Shown here piece by piece: positions 1 through 13,246 of a DNA stretch of 64,000 nucleotides. Position numbers and translations under genes: made by a program. Every line of letters starts with the position of its first letter. Within the stretch, counting starts at the first letter, position 1. The DNA is taken from assembly GCF_037042905.1 (NCBI RefSeq), contig NC_087251.1, forward strand, positions 31,808,001 through 31,872,000, in the 5' to 3' direction. Origin of the DNA: Lytechinus pictus. Lineage: Eukaryota. The notes under the pieces were generated by a model. It did not search any database. It saw only the letters and a list, made by a program, of their open reading frames with translations, and had not been told where the DNA came from.

Positions 1-1309
1 TTCAAGGAGCCTACTTCACCACATGTATTTATAAAGGCATCTGACTGCAACACCTACATGTATCTAATAGATGACTGTAATTGGTGTCCCCAAATGTTTA
101 TTATAATTGCCACTTTTTGTCTCAAGCCTAAAAATTAGTCTTTCATTGCTAAAAATATATGGTAGGAATGCCCAAGACAGTTGTTCAACATTGATACCTT
201 TGATTTTAAAAAGAACCAAGAATCATAGAAACAATCGTAAAAGAGCTACGTATTCTCGTAATTTCAAGTTGAGTGGTTTGGATTCTCCCTGTACAAAAAC
301 GCCGTAGGGAATAAAACAGCGCTGACCGCATTTTCAATATGCATGATCAACCAAACCCTTGTATCTCTGTTTCACGTGCAAAGTCAATGCAACATAGACA
401 GGACAGTTTGTTTACCGCGTATGCTTTGCTACAGTACATATTTCCAATGGGATTAGGGCATTTCATCACAAATTTGTATGGCACCACATTGAAAATCCCT
501 ACATATCCAAGAAACTAAAATAAATTGCTTCCTAAAAAAAAAACCATATATGGAGTAGGATTTGTACTTCTATTCTCTACAAAAATCTCAAATCAATTTT
601 TGACCAAAATAGACTGATCTGATGGTTTGGATGAATGCTGGTGACATGTGCATTACGTTATATTCCTTAATTCGTTTATCAAACAGGTAATTATACATAA
701 ACCATCATTTTTTTATATATATATTTTACAGTATGATAGGAATAAAATTATCTGCTTATGCAAGAAGATGACCTTCCTTTTCCCAGTGGATATGATTGTA
801 CTCTCATCAGTATAATGCATAATGGAAATACATACATGTAGGTTGGTCATTACTTCACCTCCTCAATATCACCTTACTTCCTGCCTCCATCTCAACAATT
901 ATCATTCAGCTTGTCATTGAGGATGTCATTGAGGATGTCTTTCAGATTGTCAATGACAGAGTCACACATTTTAATGATAAATATATTCAACAATATTACG
1001 AAGTGATTTCTTTTCTCTAGTTTTCTTTTTTTCCTCTACTTTTTTTCTCTAAAATACAGATGGGGGTGGAGGGATAATAATTCCTCCAATTCTCAATGAT
1101 CCCAATGATGGAACATGCACGGCCACACAATGGGATAATTAAAAAAAAAACTACACTTTTTACAACATTAACTTTAATTGCAATATTACCACTAAAAATT
1201 ATAATGAATTTCAATCCAATTCTTTGAATTTGAGAAAATACGAGATGCTTAACTAACAGAACGATATACACTGTGGGCCCCCATGATTTCAGAGAAAATA
1301 AAGCTTTAA

Positions 1310-1711
1310 AGCTAAATGAAAGTAGTTGCAGTAAAACACTGATTTCGTGAGAAAATCTGTAAAACCAAGGTTAAGTATTACTATATCATTGTGGATCTAG
1401 ATCATAGATCTGGTACAGTTACATAAACTGAACTTTGTGAAATCATAAAATCTAAGCTGAAAAACGATCACACTGAAGATCGCCAACACAGATAGGCACA
1501 CGTTGGACAGTGTATTATTATTGCTGGAATAAAGACCCGACGGAAGTGCCCAAATCCACGCTTATTTTGCTTATTTCTCAGCAATTACACAATTTCTTCC
1601 AGAATCCTTTGGCACATATTTTTTATTCATACAAACACACACTTGAGTGGTCATTATATTGGATTCTGTAAAAAGTCATTTTGAGATCGTTACCACAACT
1701 GGCATTTATCT
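1310..1711. mobile_element. TTAA-flanked Kolobok-like MITE, second family
   Basis: TTAA|AGCTAAATGAAAGT...ACTGGCATTTATCT|TTAA. A diverged copy lies at ~49620-49960. Confidence 0.7.
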
Positions 1712-2463
1712 TTAATGCATTATACCCATTTTGGTTTTCCTTTTCCTTTTACTATCATTAGACAACAACATGACTATTTTGCCACTTAAGACTGACGGTT
1801 TACTGGTAAAAATGTTTTTAAATGAAGAAATATTGATTTAGCAGAGGGTTCCCACTCTAATGCCATATGTTAACTGCTGAAAACAACTGTTTGGAACTGC
1901 AAAGGCATATCACGTTTGGAAGTAAACTTGTAGGAAGTAATTCCTCAAAAAGCTGTGTGCACCTGAATAGGTAGCCTAGCTTAGCCGGGGTAATAATAAT
2001 AGCAGGGCCCGCTGGGAGAATAGTTTTCGGAACTGAAGTGGCTACCCTGGGTAAATATACCGTTATTATTAATATTATCATTATTATTAATACATGTAGC
2101 TGAGACAGTGCTTTCTAGCTGTAATATGTAAAAAAAAAAACACTGTTTAATTTTTTTTTCAACGATGTTTACTATACAAACTTTACAGTAGACGGTTTAA
2201 AGAAAAGCATACAATCTTAAACAACAAAGTTGAATTTTAAATTCTTAATTCTCAACAAATTGAGCATAGTTGTTTAAACTGTTAAACAACTACTGTAAGG
2301 TTCATACATGTATATTAAACAGCATTGTATAAGATTTTAAACATTTTTTTCATGGTAGAACAAACTTACGACTAATTGCATAGACAGCAATGTACACAAT
2401 CAAGCATGAAAATCAATTGTACAGTGAATCATTAGGCATTGTGTTCATACAGAAAACAGGGTA

Positions 2464-2822
2464 CACGCTTAACTTCAAGGATTTAAAATTAATCCAGATC
2501 AGCTGTAAAAGGCCAGCTGAATATTGGATTCATTTTTAATATCACGGATTATCTTTTAAATCTAAAAAGATTTTATTTTTATATTTGTTTTTTTTTATTT
2601 CCATATAAAAATCATAAATAAACTACAAGAAAATCAAGAAAATATTTACAATGGAGGATAGCACATTTCAGTGATGTTTACAAAATATCACTGTTCCTCC
2701 ATGGGGTCTTAATTTAAAAAAATAACTTAAAATATCACAAGGTTTGAATACAAATATGATATTCCGATGGTCACTATTCACATCCAATCTGTATTTATTT
2801 GAAATCCTTGGGACTTGGAGTG
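2464..2822. mobile_element. TA-flanked MITE family X, copy 1 (contains an AT-rich insertion)
   Basis: TA|CACGCTTAACTTCAAGGATTT...AAATCCTTGGGACTTGGAGTG|TA. Alignable to 7966-8188 and 26769-27197. Confidence 0.75.
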
Positions 2823-2856
2823 TACATTTTATACAAAGGAGATAATTAATACTTAC

Positions 2857-2939
2857 GTCATTAACGCCTTCATCTTTATGGCCAGGACAGCGAGTAATGA
2901 TCTGCTCATGACATCTTTTGTGAACAACAACTGTACAAA
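2857..2939 (-). CDS. PRKCE: Novel PKC coding exon 5 (VCTVVVHKRCHEQIITRCPGHKDEGVND), end of C1A
   Basis: Acceptor aatttcag|TT and donor GAC|gtaagt. 83 nt, phase 1 to 0. Completes the His/Cys zinc ligands of C1A. Confidence 0.95.
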
Positions 2940-3631
2940 CTGAAATTTAAAAGAAGAGAATTATTAACATTTGGTTGTTAGTGGCATGGTTTACGACAAG
3001 TATTTCCAAATACAAACTCAAGCCAATGCATCCTTAATCACCTTTTCACAAAATGTGCCATATTAATTTGAAAAAGAACTCCCTTGACTCCCTTGATGAA
3101 ATAATCATAATTACATACACAAAATCTGCATATACAATGGTTTTGGTTAAATCAAACCACATTTGTGAATATGGACCTTTGAGAATATAGTAAATATCTT
3201 CATGAATACACTCTAAATGAATTTCAGTAATGCAAATTTCTCTACTGGAAATAACACAAATGACCATGATAAACAAATGGAGAAAATATGGAGGGAAAGA
3301 GCGATGGAGAAAAGAAAGCAATACACTGATCTAATAAACCTGGGCCCCCGAAACACAAAGGTTAGCGATTAATCATATGCTTGATTTTCACGACTGATTG
3401 TACATTGCAGTCAATGGAATCAATCGTAGAAAAATGTTCTACGATCATTGCTAAGTTTTGTGTTACGGCTCCAAGGTGTGATAGAAACCAAGTTAAATGA
3501 AGATGTGAAATTAAACACTGACACCAGTTTTGAAAGTGTCACAAAATGATAAAAAAAGGAAGAAGGAGATCTATGTGAGATATGAACATGTTAATCTCAA
3601 ATCATTGAAATAAAGAGTTCTTAGTTCTTAC

Positions 3632-3663
3632 CTTGGCATTGGTAACCTTGACGATAAAGACCC
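3632..3663 (-). CDS. PRKCE: Novel PKC coding exon 4, 32 nt micro-exon (W-GLYRQGYQCQ-V)
   Basis: Acceptor ttgtttccag|G and donor G|gtaaga. Phase 2 to 1. Continues the C1A consensus QGYQC. Confidence 0.93.
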
Positions 3664-4665
3664 CTGGAAACAAAAACAAGAAAACAAAATAAATATAAAG
3701 TACATGAATGATGAAATGACAATATATCAATAAGAACCAAAACAACAAAACGTACTGGAAAGCTTTTCACAGATGTACTATGAATTGCCTAAAAAGGAAT
3801 ATCAAAAGATTTTTGACTGCAGTCAAAATTTATGCCTCAGCCAAAAGAAAATTACATGCACAACTTAAAATAACTGCAACCTTTGACCTTGAGATTATCC
3901 TCCCTCACATATGCATACATGAGCCAAGTATGAAATTGATTTCCTTGACCAATTCTTCAGTAATTGCATGAATGAGATACTTACAGGTGTACTGTACATC
4001 TTCAAGTCATACAATATAATATATTTTCTTTCTTTAGTTTGCATATCAAAAAGTACCAGTGATGTCTTGTTCTCTGTACATGAGAGAAATATGACAACTT
4101 CACATTTCGTGCACAATTATACATTTTCATTACAGATTGTTTGTACATCAAAAACAAACATCAATACAGAAAATGATACATGATTCTAAATAAATTCCGA
4201 CCAGATAGCAGACCGAAAGCAAAGAATATGAAAGTTGTTGTTGTTGTTGATCGCCATGCAGGTGAGACAAAAATGAGGACAGTTTATTACTTCTTTTTTT
4301 TCTCAGGAATGAATATCAATATTAGATTATTGTGAGCCCCAATAGGAAACCCCTTAGAGACTCCATGGCAAAATATAGAACTCTCCTCCCACACACTCAA
4401 GCCCCAAGAGATGAGATAAGACGGCAGATTTGGGAAAATGTGGACGGAACACACACAAAAAAAAATGATAATGAGGAGGTTCTTGCGGGTGGATTGTAAA
4501 CAATCATGAAATCAAATTTGCTAAGCATTCAATGTCAGGCAGTTCTGTATCAATGCAACCCAGAAAATCAATTTCCCCCTTCTAAGACTCATATTTAAAA
4601 AAAAACTGTCTGGCAGTGGCATGATGAACAGCAGTTTCTTAGCCATTTGTTTATTAATGTTATCA

Positions 4666-5022
4666 GGTGGGTATTGCATAAAGCTGTTTGTAAGTAATAA
4701 CGACTTTAAGAACGACTGGTGATCCTTTCTTACGTGCTAAATAATCACCAATGAATGTTTAATGGGGAACATCATTACCACAAGAAAGGGTTATGATTTG
4801 TTCTTAAAGTCTCTCTTAACTTTATAAGAACAGCTTCATGAAACAGCCCCCTGGTGGGTGTTTCATACAGCTGTTCATAGGTGACTTTATGAATGACTTG
4901 TGATCCTTTCTTGTGGTACCTGATACACACTGGATTTCCATTGGCGTTGATTTAGTTCTCGAGAAAGGATCACCAGTCGTTTGTAAAGTCGCTCGTAACT
5001 ACAGCATTTTGAAACACCCACC
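4666..5022. mobile_element. Two abutting palindromic MITEs (GGGTGTTTCATAAAGCTGTT family)
   Basis: ~4666-4851 and ~4853-5022. Further copies at ~32354-32508 and ~39741-39918. Confidence 0.7.
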
Positions 5023-7965
5023 GGATTTGATTACAACCCAATGGCGAATTGACCTTACATAAATTGTTTTAGATTCATCACAAAAAAAAAGTCAAACTGG
5101 GAAATCAACACAACTTCAAATATCTGTCAATGAAAGATGGTGATAGCTGGATATAAAATTCCCCTCATTTCTTTGTTTCTTCCTTTTATTTAATAAAGGT
5201 TCATTCATTTTTTTTTTACTTAGTCTTCCCTGTTTTTAAATAACATTCATCTTATATGGAGAAAACATGAGTGCCTTTGACTTTCCAATTTAATAGGCCC
5301 ATAGGTATTAAATGACTCCTAATACATCATAAACAAGTGATTACTTGGGTGGTAAGAAAAACATTTAGATAAATTTATTCATTGTTGTAAATATGGTAAG
5401 TGAATATATATCTTCACATCAAGCCCTATGCACACAAAGGACCATCCTGTTTCATTACTAAATTACATGTAAATAGATATCTTATTGACACAAAAACACT
5501 GGAAAAAAAGGTCATTATTATAATTTTTCTACTTATTTGCATTGTCTATTGACTTGCAGCAATTACTATAGTTGCTAATCAACATAATGAAATGCTGTGA
5601 TTGACTATTATTCTCCAAGCATAGCTACTGCGGTACCTATGTCCATATACTGCTCATCACATTAAAAACATTCTTTTGCTTGCAGAATACTGAATATCAG
5701 AAAAAAACCAACATTATCATAATGGATGTCGAAATTCCCTTCCATCATTTTACATTAATATTTGTGTACTAGAAACCGGAGAAAGGAGAAGGAATAAAAG
5801 TGAGCGGTACGCTTAATTGCATAGCAGCTGGTAATTTGATAACTAGCGTACAATTGGTGGCTCCCTATTATTAGAACCGATTCAAAAGCAGTCAGGCAAA
5901 TGCAGCGCGGTGGAATACAAAAGACACTTTCGATCCTCCTATATAACAGCATGTGTAATATGAAGACTGTAAAAACAATATTTAAAAAAAAAGATTCAAA
6001 TACGCTGAAAATACCTTCGCATGCTTAAGACAGCATGCCTGAAAGCCAAGAATCTTTGATTTAATCGGAAAACCCTTAATCAACACCCTTGATCTCATTA
6101 ATTACATGTGAATTTAAAACTGAATAATAACTTGAATGTGAATACTGCATCCAATGTGTAAAGAATGGAATACATTTTTTTTTCTTTTTTAACAATGTGC
6201 AAGGGAAACAGAGCCACTGATAAATCAAATTTCCTGATCACAATAGAGAATTGGGGTTTTTTTTTTTTTTTTTTTTTTAGTACATAGCCTTTTTATGCAT
6301 CATTTCTCAGGGCAGTGTCTTGCTCTTTTTATAAAAGATTAGAAGAATGAAAAAAAAAACCTATCAACTGAATTGAGGTTCAGCTTGACAGTATTTTCAG
6401 GATAAATTGTCTCATTTAAGATCCATACTTTGACATCAATATCTTTTCCTGACATGTACAACACGCACAAGTAAAGAGAAAAAGAGGCTTTTAGCCCCAA
6501 TCCAGACTTTCCAATGGTAATCTATCTTCAGCAAAAGAGACAGAAATTGATGGGCTTTTGGCATTGCCCGGTGAAAACAAAACAGAAGGCAAAAAAAAGG
6601 TAGAAGAATACTCCAAGGCAGGAGGCCCAGAGAGCCTCGTGGCAAAGTATGTGAGGGGTCAACTCAAACAAGCTGCACGTTTCGCGTCCCAGTCAAACTG
6701 CGCTATGAACCTCTTGCTATGAATTATTAGCCGATATATATGTCAATGTTGAGTTCCACTAATGGATTAGGAATTATCCTGATGAATGCCAACATTTAAT
6801 CATGCCAGTAGTTCCCCTGGAAGCACTGCTAACGCTGAATTCACCATGACCATCTCTCATTACAGTTGAAAGCCAATCAAACCTTTTATTATAACGAAAC
6901 AACATCTATCGCTTCATAGAAGTAATGCTAAAGAATAAAATGGTCCTTTTTTTTCCGAGAAAACCTACCAGGTACAATCGATTTTTTAAATATAGCACCA
7001 CAATACAATGTTCCACAAAACATTGATGTACAGTGTGACCCAGAAAAAATAAAACTGAGAATTATCAATATCATAACATAAAAACCCAGACGAGAGCTAA
7101 AAATGAAATTGACAAAATGGAAAACCAGATTTTGATAAAATTCTGAGTGTGTTTGCTATCTTAATTTATAAAAGATATCATCATTTACACTTTCAGCTAG
7201 GAGAGCATCCCTTTGAAGGAGTTACTTTCTAGTTTCTACATTTGCAGGCGAATCAATCCTCAACCCCCCCCCCCCCCATGTATCTTTGCCCCTGTGATAC
7301 CATCAGGTAAACTAGGTAGTGATATTCAAAACTCATTATGCATTTTCAGTGAAATGAAAACTTTGAAATAAACCATTCAATCCAAGTGAAATAAATGCAT
7401 CAAAACTGAAACAACCCTTCAAAATGATTTTACTATCCAAACTACTTCCGATCATTTACGCATCTCATAAATTGTGATTGTTTTTTACATAATGCATGAC
7501 ATGGTTATGAAAAGGAAACTAAACACTGTATTTCTACTTCTTGACTATTTTATTTTTGACATCCTGTTCATCTCTCAGTGAAAATAATTGAATGAGTGAC
7601 TTTTCAAAACCAAAGGAGTCTGGACACATGCATAGTTTGTTCCTCCAATTTTGACCATGTATAGATAAATGTAATATAGGTAGCATGGCCCATCAGAATT
7701 CACAATTTAACTTTAATTTTATAATTTAACCCCCCCCCCTTTAATTCTGTCAATATTTGGGTACATTTTCAGTTCTAGAATTAATCCCTATCTACTTTGA
7801 CCCGTCTCAAAATTATTACATAATAATTGGCTTATAACTAAATATTATTAATTTCTAATTTTTTAATGTCATATTTTATGATATCTCTGTGAATATTTAA
7901 TCAATTTTCAGCAGAAATGTTAATATACTTCATTACCTTTTGGCTACATCAATGTACTCCTGATA

Positions 7966-8188
7966 CACTCTTAATTCCAAGGATGTAAAATAAATTCAGA
8001 AAGACTGTGAGTAGTGATCAGCCGAATATAGATTTTGGTTTAAACCTTGTGGATTTGGATAAAAAGCTTTAAGATTTGAATTTGAATCTTTTGAGATCGA
8101 AAAGTTAATCTTCAAGATTTTTTTTAAATTCAATATTCGGCTGGTTATATTCTCATCTGATCTGGATAAATCCTTGAAATTGAGAGTG
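7966..8188. mobile_element. TA-flanked MITE family X, copy 2 (opposite orientation)
   Basis: TA|CACTCTTAATTCCAAGGAT...ATCCTTGAAATTGAGAGTG|TA. Confidence 0.8.
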
Positions 8189-8214
8189 TACTGGAGCAAA
8201 CAGAAGAGACTCAC

Positions 8215-8371
8215 CAAATGAAATCTTGACAATGAGAACAGAATGTTGGTTGGCGCAGAAAGGTGGACATGAATTTGTGGCCGTTGACCTGGTGGACCCG
8301 TCTCCTGACGGCTCCTCGTCTTTTGTGCACCGCATTTTCACGCACCCGAAATACTTTTTCCTTCGGCGGTT
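8215..8371 (-). CDS. PRKCE: Novel PKC coding exon 3: pseudosubstrate ([12 protein letters not shown]) and start of C1A ([22 protein letters not shown])
   Basis: Acceptor tttgacacag|AA and donor TG|gtgagt. 157 nt, phase 1 to 2. Confidence 0.96.
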
Positions 8372-8658
8372 CTGTGTCAAAGAAAAGGGTGAAAACATTG
8401 TGAAATGATTATTATGGAGATAATACAAAGGTTGCTTTTTAAAAGAATTACTAATGAAATAGAAGGAAGCAATTGATTAGTTTGCATTGAAAGAAAGGTA
8501 ATTGATTCCAATCATCAGGCAATATTTGTCATGGGCATCAAACATCAAATCATGGAAAATTCACCCCAAAAATGTGTTTGATAGTAGTAAAATGGTGTAA
8601 AATGTTTAAACAAAAAAAAAACCTTGAACCCCAGCTACATATTCCTAACAAATCGTAT

Positions 8659-8960
8659 CATAATAATACCTATCATCGTCATCATCATCACCATGCACCA
8701 TCATCTTCACCATCATCATCATCATTACCATCATCATCATCATCATTACCACCATCATCATCATCATTACCACAATCATCATCACCATCACCATCATCAT
8801 CACCAGCATCATCACTATCATCGTCATCATCATCAAAATCAAAATCATCACCATCATCACCATCATCATCACCTTCACCATAACTATAACTTAATTCTTG
8901 TCATTTTTGCAGTTAGAATTAATTAACGATGACATAGCATCATCATCACCATCATCATCG
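8659..8960. repeat. (CAT/CAC)n microsatellite
   Basis: Visible trinucleotide repeat; explains the poly-His/Ser/Met ORFs. Confidence 0.95.
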
Positions 8961-9694
8961 ACAACAACTATGTCATGTTATCATGTGCAATAGCCTACAA
9001 ATTGAAGCAATGAAATTGGATTTCACAACAGCTGGAACCATGCTTCATGTTTTGACTTAGGCTTCTATAATTTTCATAAATTTTGAGGTAGGTTTACATT
9101 GTAACGTAAGCCAGCAAGAAGTGTAGAGGGCCCTAGCAACCGTTTGCTTAAATAAAATGAAACAAAACCTCTTGTTTGCACGCTGGTATGCACTACAGAT
9201 GTGTACTTACAGAGTGTTATTCCACAGATCATGAAAGTGTAATTCTTAATAAGATCCTGGAGAATTTATTTTTGAAAAACAAAATCATTTAAGATCTTAG
9301 GTATTCAGTTCCGGTTGGTTGGTTGGTTTAAATTCCAAAGGTGTGTGACAAAAGACAACAAACCCTTACTTATTTTGAATGCTCATTTGATAGAAAAGGG
9401 TTCTCTGAGTTAAAGATTTAATTTTTAAAAGTGCACATTGTAATTTGAATATACAAATAATATTAATATGAATGATAAAATTACAAATATAACAGATGCT
9501 AAGATCATGATAAGTTTCATTTTGTATGTGTGTTTCTTTTTCTTGCAATCAAGAGTCAATATTTCCATGATAAGAATGGCACATAACTTCACTGTAAACT
9601 TTGGGTGTTAAAACTGATATAAGTTGGTGTCCCCAGTAGACCACACCCTAAACGAGTAGAAATTTAACCCCATATAAAGATTGAATGAACATAC

Positions 9695-10126
9695 GACACC
9701 ATTCTCATTACAATCCCACAAACTGGTTTACTGGAAACCAGTTCAGGAAACCAGTTTGGAAGCTAGCTTTGCTAGCAATCCCATTTGATACCTGAAAGTG
9801 GATTTCAAAACCACTTCCCGGGAGCTATACGGAAAGCGGTCTTTTTGCTATGGGTACGCTCTCAGCTTCGCGCGAAATTCGAAACTGCAGCGTACAAATT
9901 CTACACCCAGCATGTGCGAAGATCGCTTCACGAAGAACGGTTGTGTCCTCACTTGCACTAAAACCAGTTTAATGAGGCAAAGCGATCTTCAAAACTACAT
10001 GTACATCGCGAGGTGGTTTTCTAAACCGGTTTAGAAGATTGTTTCCAAGACCACTTTGACCGTTCTCATTACACATTAAACTAGTTTCCATTAATCTAGT
10101 TTTAGGGCGGTAATGAGAACGGTGTC
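9695..10126. mobile_element. PIF/Harbinger-like MITE nested in a CACTG-terminated MITE (~9590-10250)
   Basis: TIR GACACCATTCTCATTA / TAATGAGAACGGTGTC with flanks TAC / TAA. The joined flanks restore GAACATAACAC, as in the uninterrupted copy at 21664-21902. Confidence 0.75.
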
Positions 10127-11000
10127 TAACACTAAAGAGTGTTTGAATAACAACTGTATGTGTTGTAATAACACCTTGGGGTGTTAAACTAACATTAAAT
10201 ATAACACTGAATGTGAAATGACCAGTTTGATCCTGAATATTTTTGTGTTAACACCTCAAGGTGAGTACCCCCCCCCCCCTCAATTACAAGTATGTTATTA
10301 GTTATCTACAGGTCATACTGAGTTAAAGGGGTTTTTTTAGGTTCAAAGTTCTTCGAAATAATGAATTAAATTAAACAGGCTACCCAACACACAGAGTAGC
10401 AGCCGAGGGTCTTGCAGCTAGACATAATCAGGGAAAATTCTCCTAAAACTCTAGATATCCGACAAACTACACATCAATCACGAGTATACACCTTGATCCC
10501 CAATTTAGATTCATAAATGCTTCCAGTCAAATAAACAGGTGCTTCATGTGATGAAGATGAATGACAAATTTAAAGAAGAAGTAGAAGATGGGTTGTTTTA
10601 ATATGTATGAACAATATTTTCCATGCACAAGTGAAGATGAATATTGTGACAATTCATCAATGCATAGTAGATATATGCATTAATTCACTGAGGTGCTAAC
10701 ATTTGGATGAATAAAATTAGTATTCTGTACCAACAAACCAGGGATTAGCCTGACCGAACTTAGTAACTTTTCATCAAAATTAATATTTTTCCAAACAATC
10801 CTATTTTTCATCATTTCATCAATCAGTATCATGGAGCACAAATGCACAATCAAATGCATTTTGCTCTGACTATACTACATTCTAGATCCATTCAGCATTT
10901 GTGTGCATGTTTACAAAACAATTTCATGTATTATTATATTATGTACATGTAAGTAGATATTTTGCTCCTACTATTTTCTTTTGTTCTTTTCAGATTTGAG

Positions 11001-11377
11001 TTATAATTTGTTTACAAATTTTCGGCATTACTCCTATAAGATCGGTATGCTCGATCTGTAATGAAAATCATAAGTCAGAAAAAATTGGAACCAGTGGGAT
11101 TCGAATCTGCCATCTACTGCTTTCCGGGCAGCGACTTAACCACCAGGCTATTCTGGTTCATGGCTAAGCCATGATGAATTTGAATTTGAATTCCAGTTCA
11201 TTGTGGCTTAGCCGTGAACCAGAATAACCTGGTGGTTAAGTCGCTGCCCGGAAAGCAGTAGATGGCAGGTTCAAATCCCACTGGTTCCAATTTTTTCCGA
11301 TCTTAAACAAATAGGAGTAATGCCGAAAATTTGTAAACAAATTATAATTTCCTCCTATTAAAGCCTCTTCATTTACT
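11001..11377. mobile_element. Palindromic element containing two divergent tRNA-like units
   Basis: Arms 11001-11037/11311-11347 and ~11075-11180/11196-11300 are inverted copies. Each inner arm has an A box (TA[G/A]CCTGGTGG), a B box ([G/A]TTC[G/A]AATCCC) and a T6 run. Confidence 0.8.
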
Positions 11378-13246
11378 AGATTTGAGTTAGTATAATTTGA
11401 ATGCCCTTTCATTATTTTGCATTCCTGTCATCATTTTTACAACAAACATTAATCATTTGTAATAGTTGACAGCTCTGATTTCAGTCTGAATATAATATTA
11501 TTCATGTTCACATAAACTATATAACTGTAAATTGGGAGATTTTCATTATTTTTTTACGAAGATAAAATTAAAACTAATGCAACAAATTCAAGGCACAAAA
11601 TGAGGGCTGACAAGGATCTACTAATATGGTCCCCTAAGTCTGCACAGTGCCCCTTGTCTGCGCACACGTGTATCTGCGCAATTCTAGTAAAAGAAGATAC
11701 GCGACAACCACAAAATTTACACATGCAATACATAGAAATACTTTCATTGAAAATCTGACTCAAAATGGTGGAAAACAGAGAATTTCAGGCATTTCATGTG
11801 ACGACCAGTCAAAATGCAGCCTTTCTCATCAAAATCCCTGAATCGTGTGTAAAGTGAATGGGTGCGCAGACATGGGGCACCATTATTTGTTCAATCTGAA
11901 AATGACTGGCTGAGGTTCACATTTTTATGAGTTTTTTGGCACAGTACTCATAAGAATTTAAGGAACACTATAAACTGAATTTTTGTTTGTGAAATTAAAA
12001 ACAAAAAAATCATGATTTAAATTTTTAAATGGGGGGCCCCCCTTCACACACAGTACTTAGAAAACTACTTAGAAATAGATTGAAGAAGGAAAAAAGAGAG
12101 GAAAATTTCAGAATAAGATGCAAATTCAGAATAAGATGACATGAATCACAAAACTGCAAATTGTACTTTTTAAAATATTTCTTGAACAAAGAAAAAAAGG
12201 AATAAAATTAAAAATTGCAACACATTCACAACAAAAACTGAGGGCTGACAATGATCTACTTCACGGTATTTATTAACAGGTTGAAGAAAAAAAAAGAGAA
12301 AGAAATAGAGAATATAATCAGGACAAGATGTATAATCATAACAACATGTGATTAATCTGAATAAGATGTGAAAACATTTCAGAAACAGAAATGAGAGTGC
12401 CCAGACATTGTGGAAGGATGTTTACCAATGAGCATGCTTTTATGCTTTAAAAATTGTCAGTCTGCGCTCATGAGATGTTGCTCTCAAACAGCATGAGCAG
12501 AGCATAATGTAGGAACACACAGATTCCATACACCACTACGTTACATCCCCTCATATACAACCGAGTCTACAACACACTCGGCAGAAACATAGTATACTGG
12601 CAGAGCACATCTTTCATGCTTGGGAATAGAACCAAATGTATGTGAATTAATAAATCTCTGGCAAGCCGATGGAAAGATGCTTGCCCTTTGGGAGGGGAGC
12701 TCTAATATTCATTGGTCTCGTCTATGTCCATAATGAAATTTATGATTAGCTCCTGCTCCCAGAAGCCAGGAAGATCTCTGCTATAAACCCAATGAAAGAG
12801 CTTGAGATGAAAGATTTAGAAGAAAAGTTTGAAAGAATTGTAGAAATCGGATGAAAGGAACAAGGTGTGAGGAGAGAAAGGTCGGAGGACGGTGGGGGGG
12901 GGGGATAGTGGGATGTAAACATCAAAGTATCTGGGAGGGGGGGCAAAGACTCTGGTTGCCAAGTTCATATCCACAAATGAGGGTAGAGTAACCAAGAAAA
13001 AAATCATAATCAGTTTCATTGGCATTATATGAGGGGCATGGATGTATTTCAGGGGTACTGTTTCATTTTAATACATTATAATGTACTTGAAATAGAATAA
13101 AAGAGGCCAAAAGACAGAGAGAGATCACAGAAATATAGAGAAATGAATCACATCAAAAAATGTGAAAGGGAAATGGAACTTTCAAACAATTCATACCTAC
13201 TTTTAATACAGGGGTTACATGTATCATAGAGCTGTTCATAAAGTAA

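Noticed and set aside
400..510. Candidate PKC exon 6 (FNVVPYKF resembles F.VNMPHKF)
   Set aside because: The C1B motif PTFCDHCGSLL does not follow. Exon 6 is probably outside the window.
3985..4073. Possible 89 nt cassette or poison exon between exons 3 and 4 (tacag|...|gtaagt on minus)
   Set aside because: It has an in-frame stop and no homology. Such splice-like pairs arise by chance, and there is no transcript evidence.
8572..8926. Poly-His, poly-Ser and Met-rich ORFs (also 18029-18565)
   Set aside because: Translations of (CAT)n and (GAT)n microsatellites.
11088..11287. Functional tRNA-Ser(GGA) genes
   Set aside because: The T stem is mismatched, there is C in place of U33, spacing after the acceptor stem is wrong and there is no long variable arm. 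Treated as tRNA-derived.
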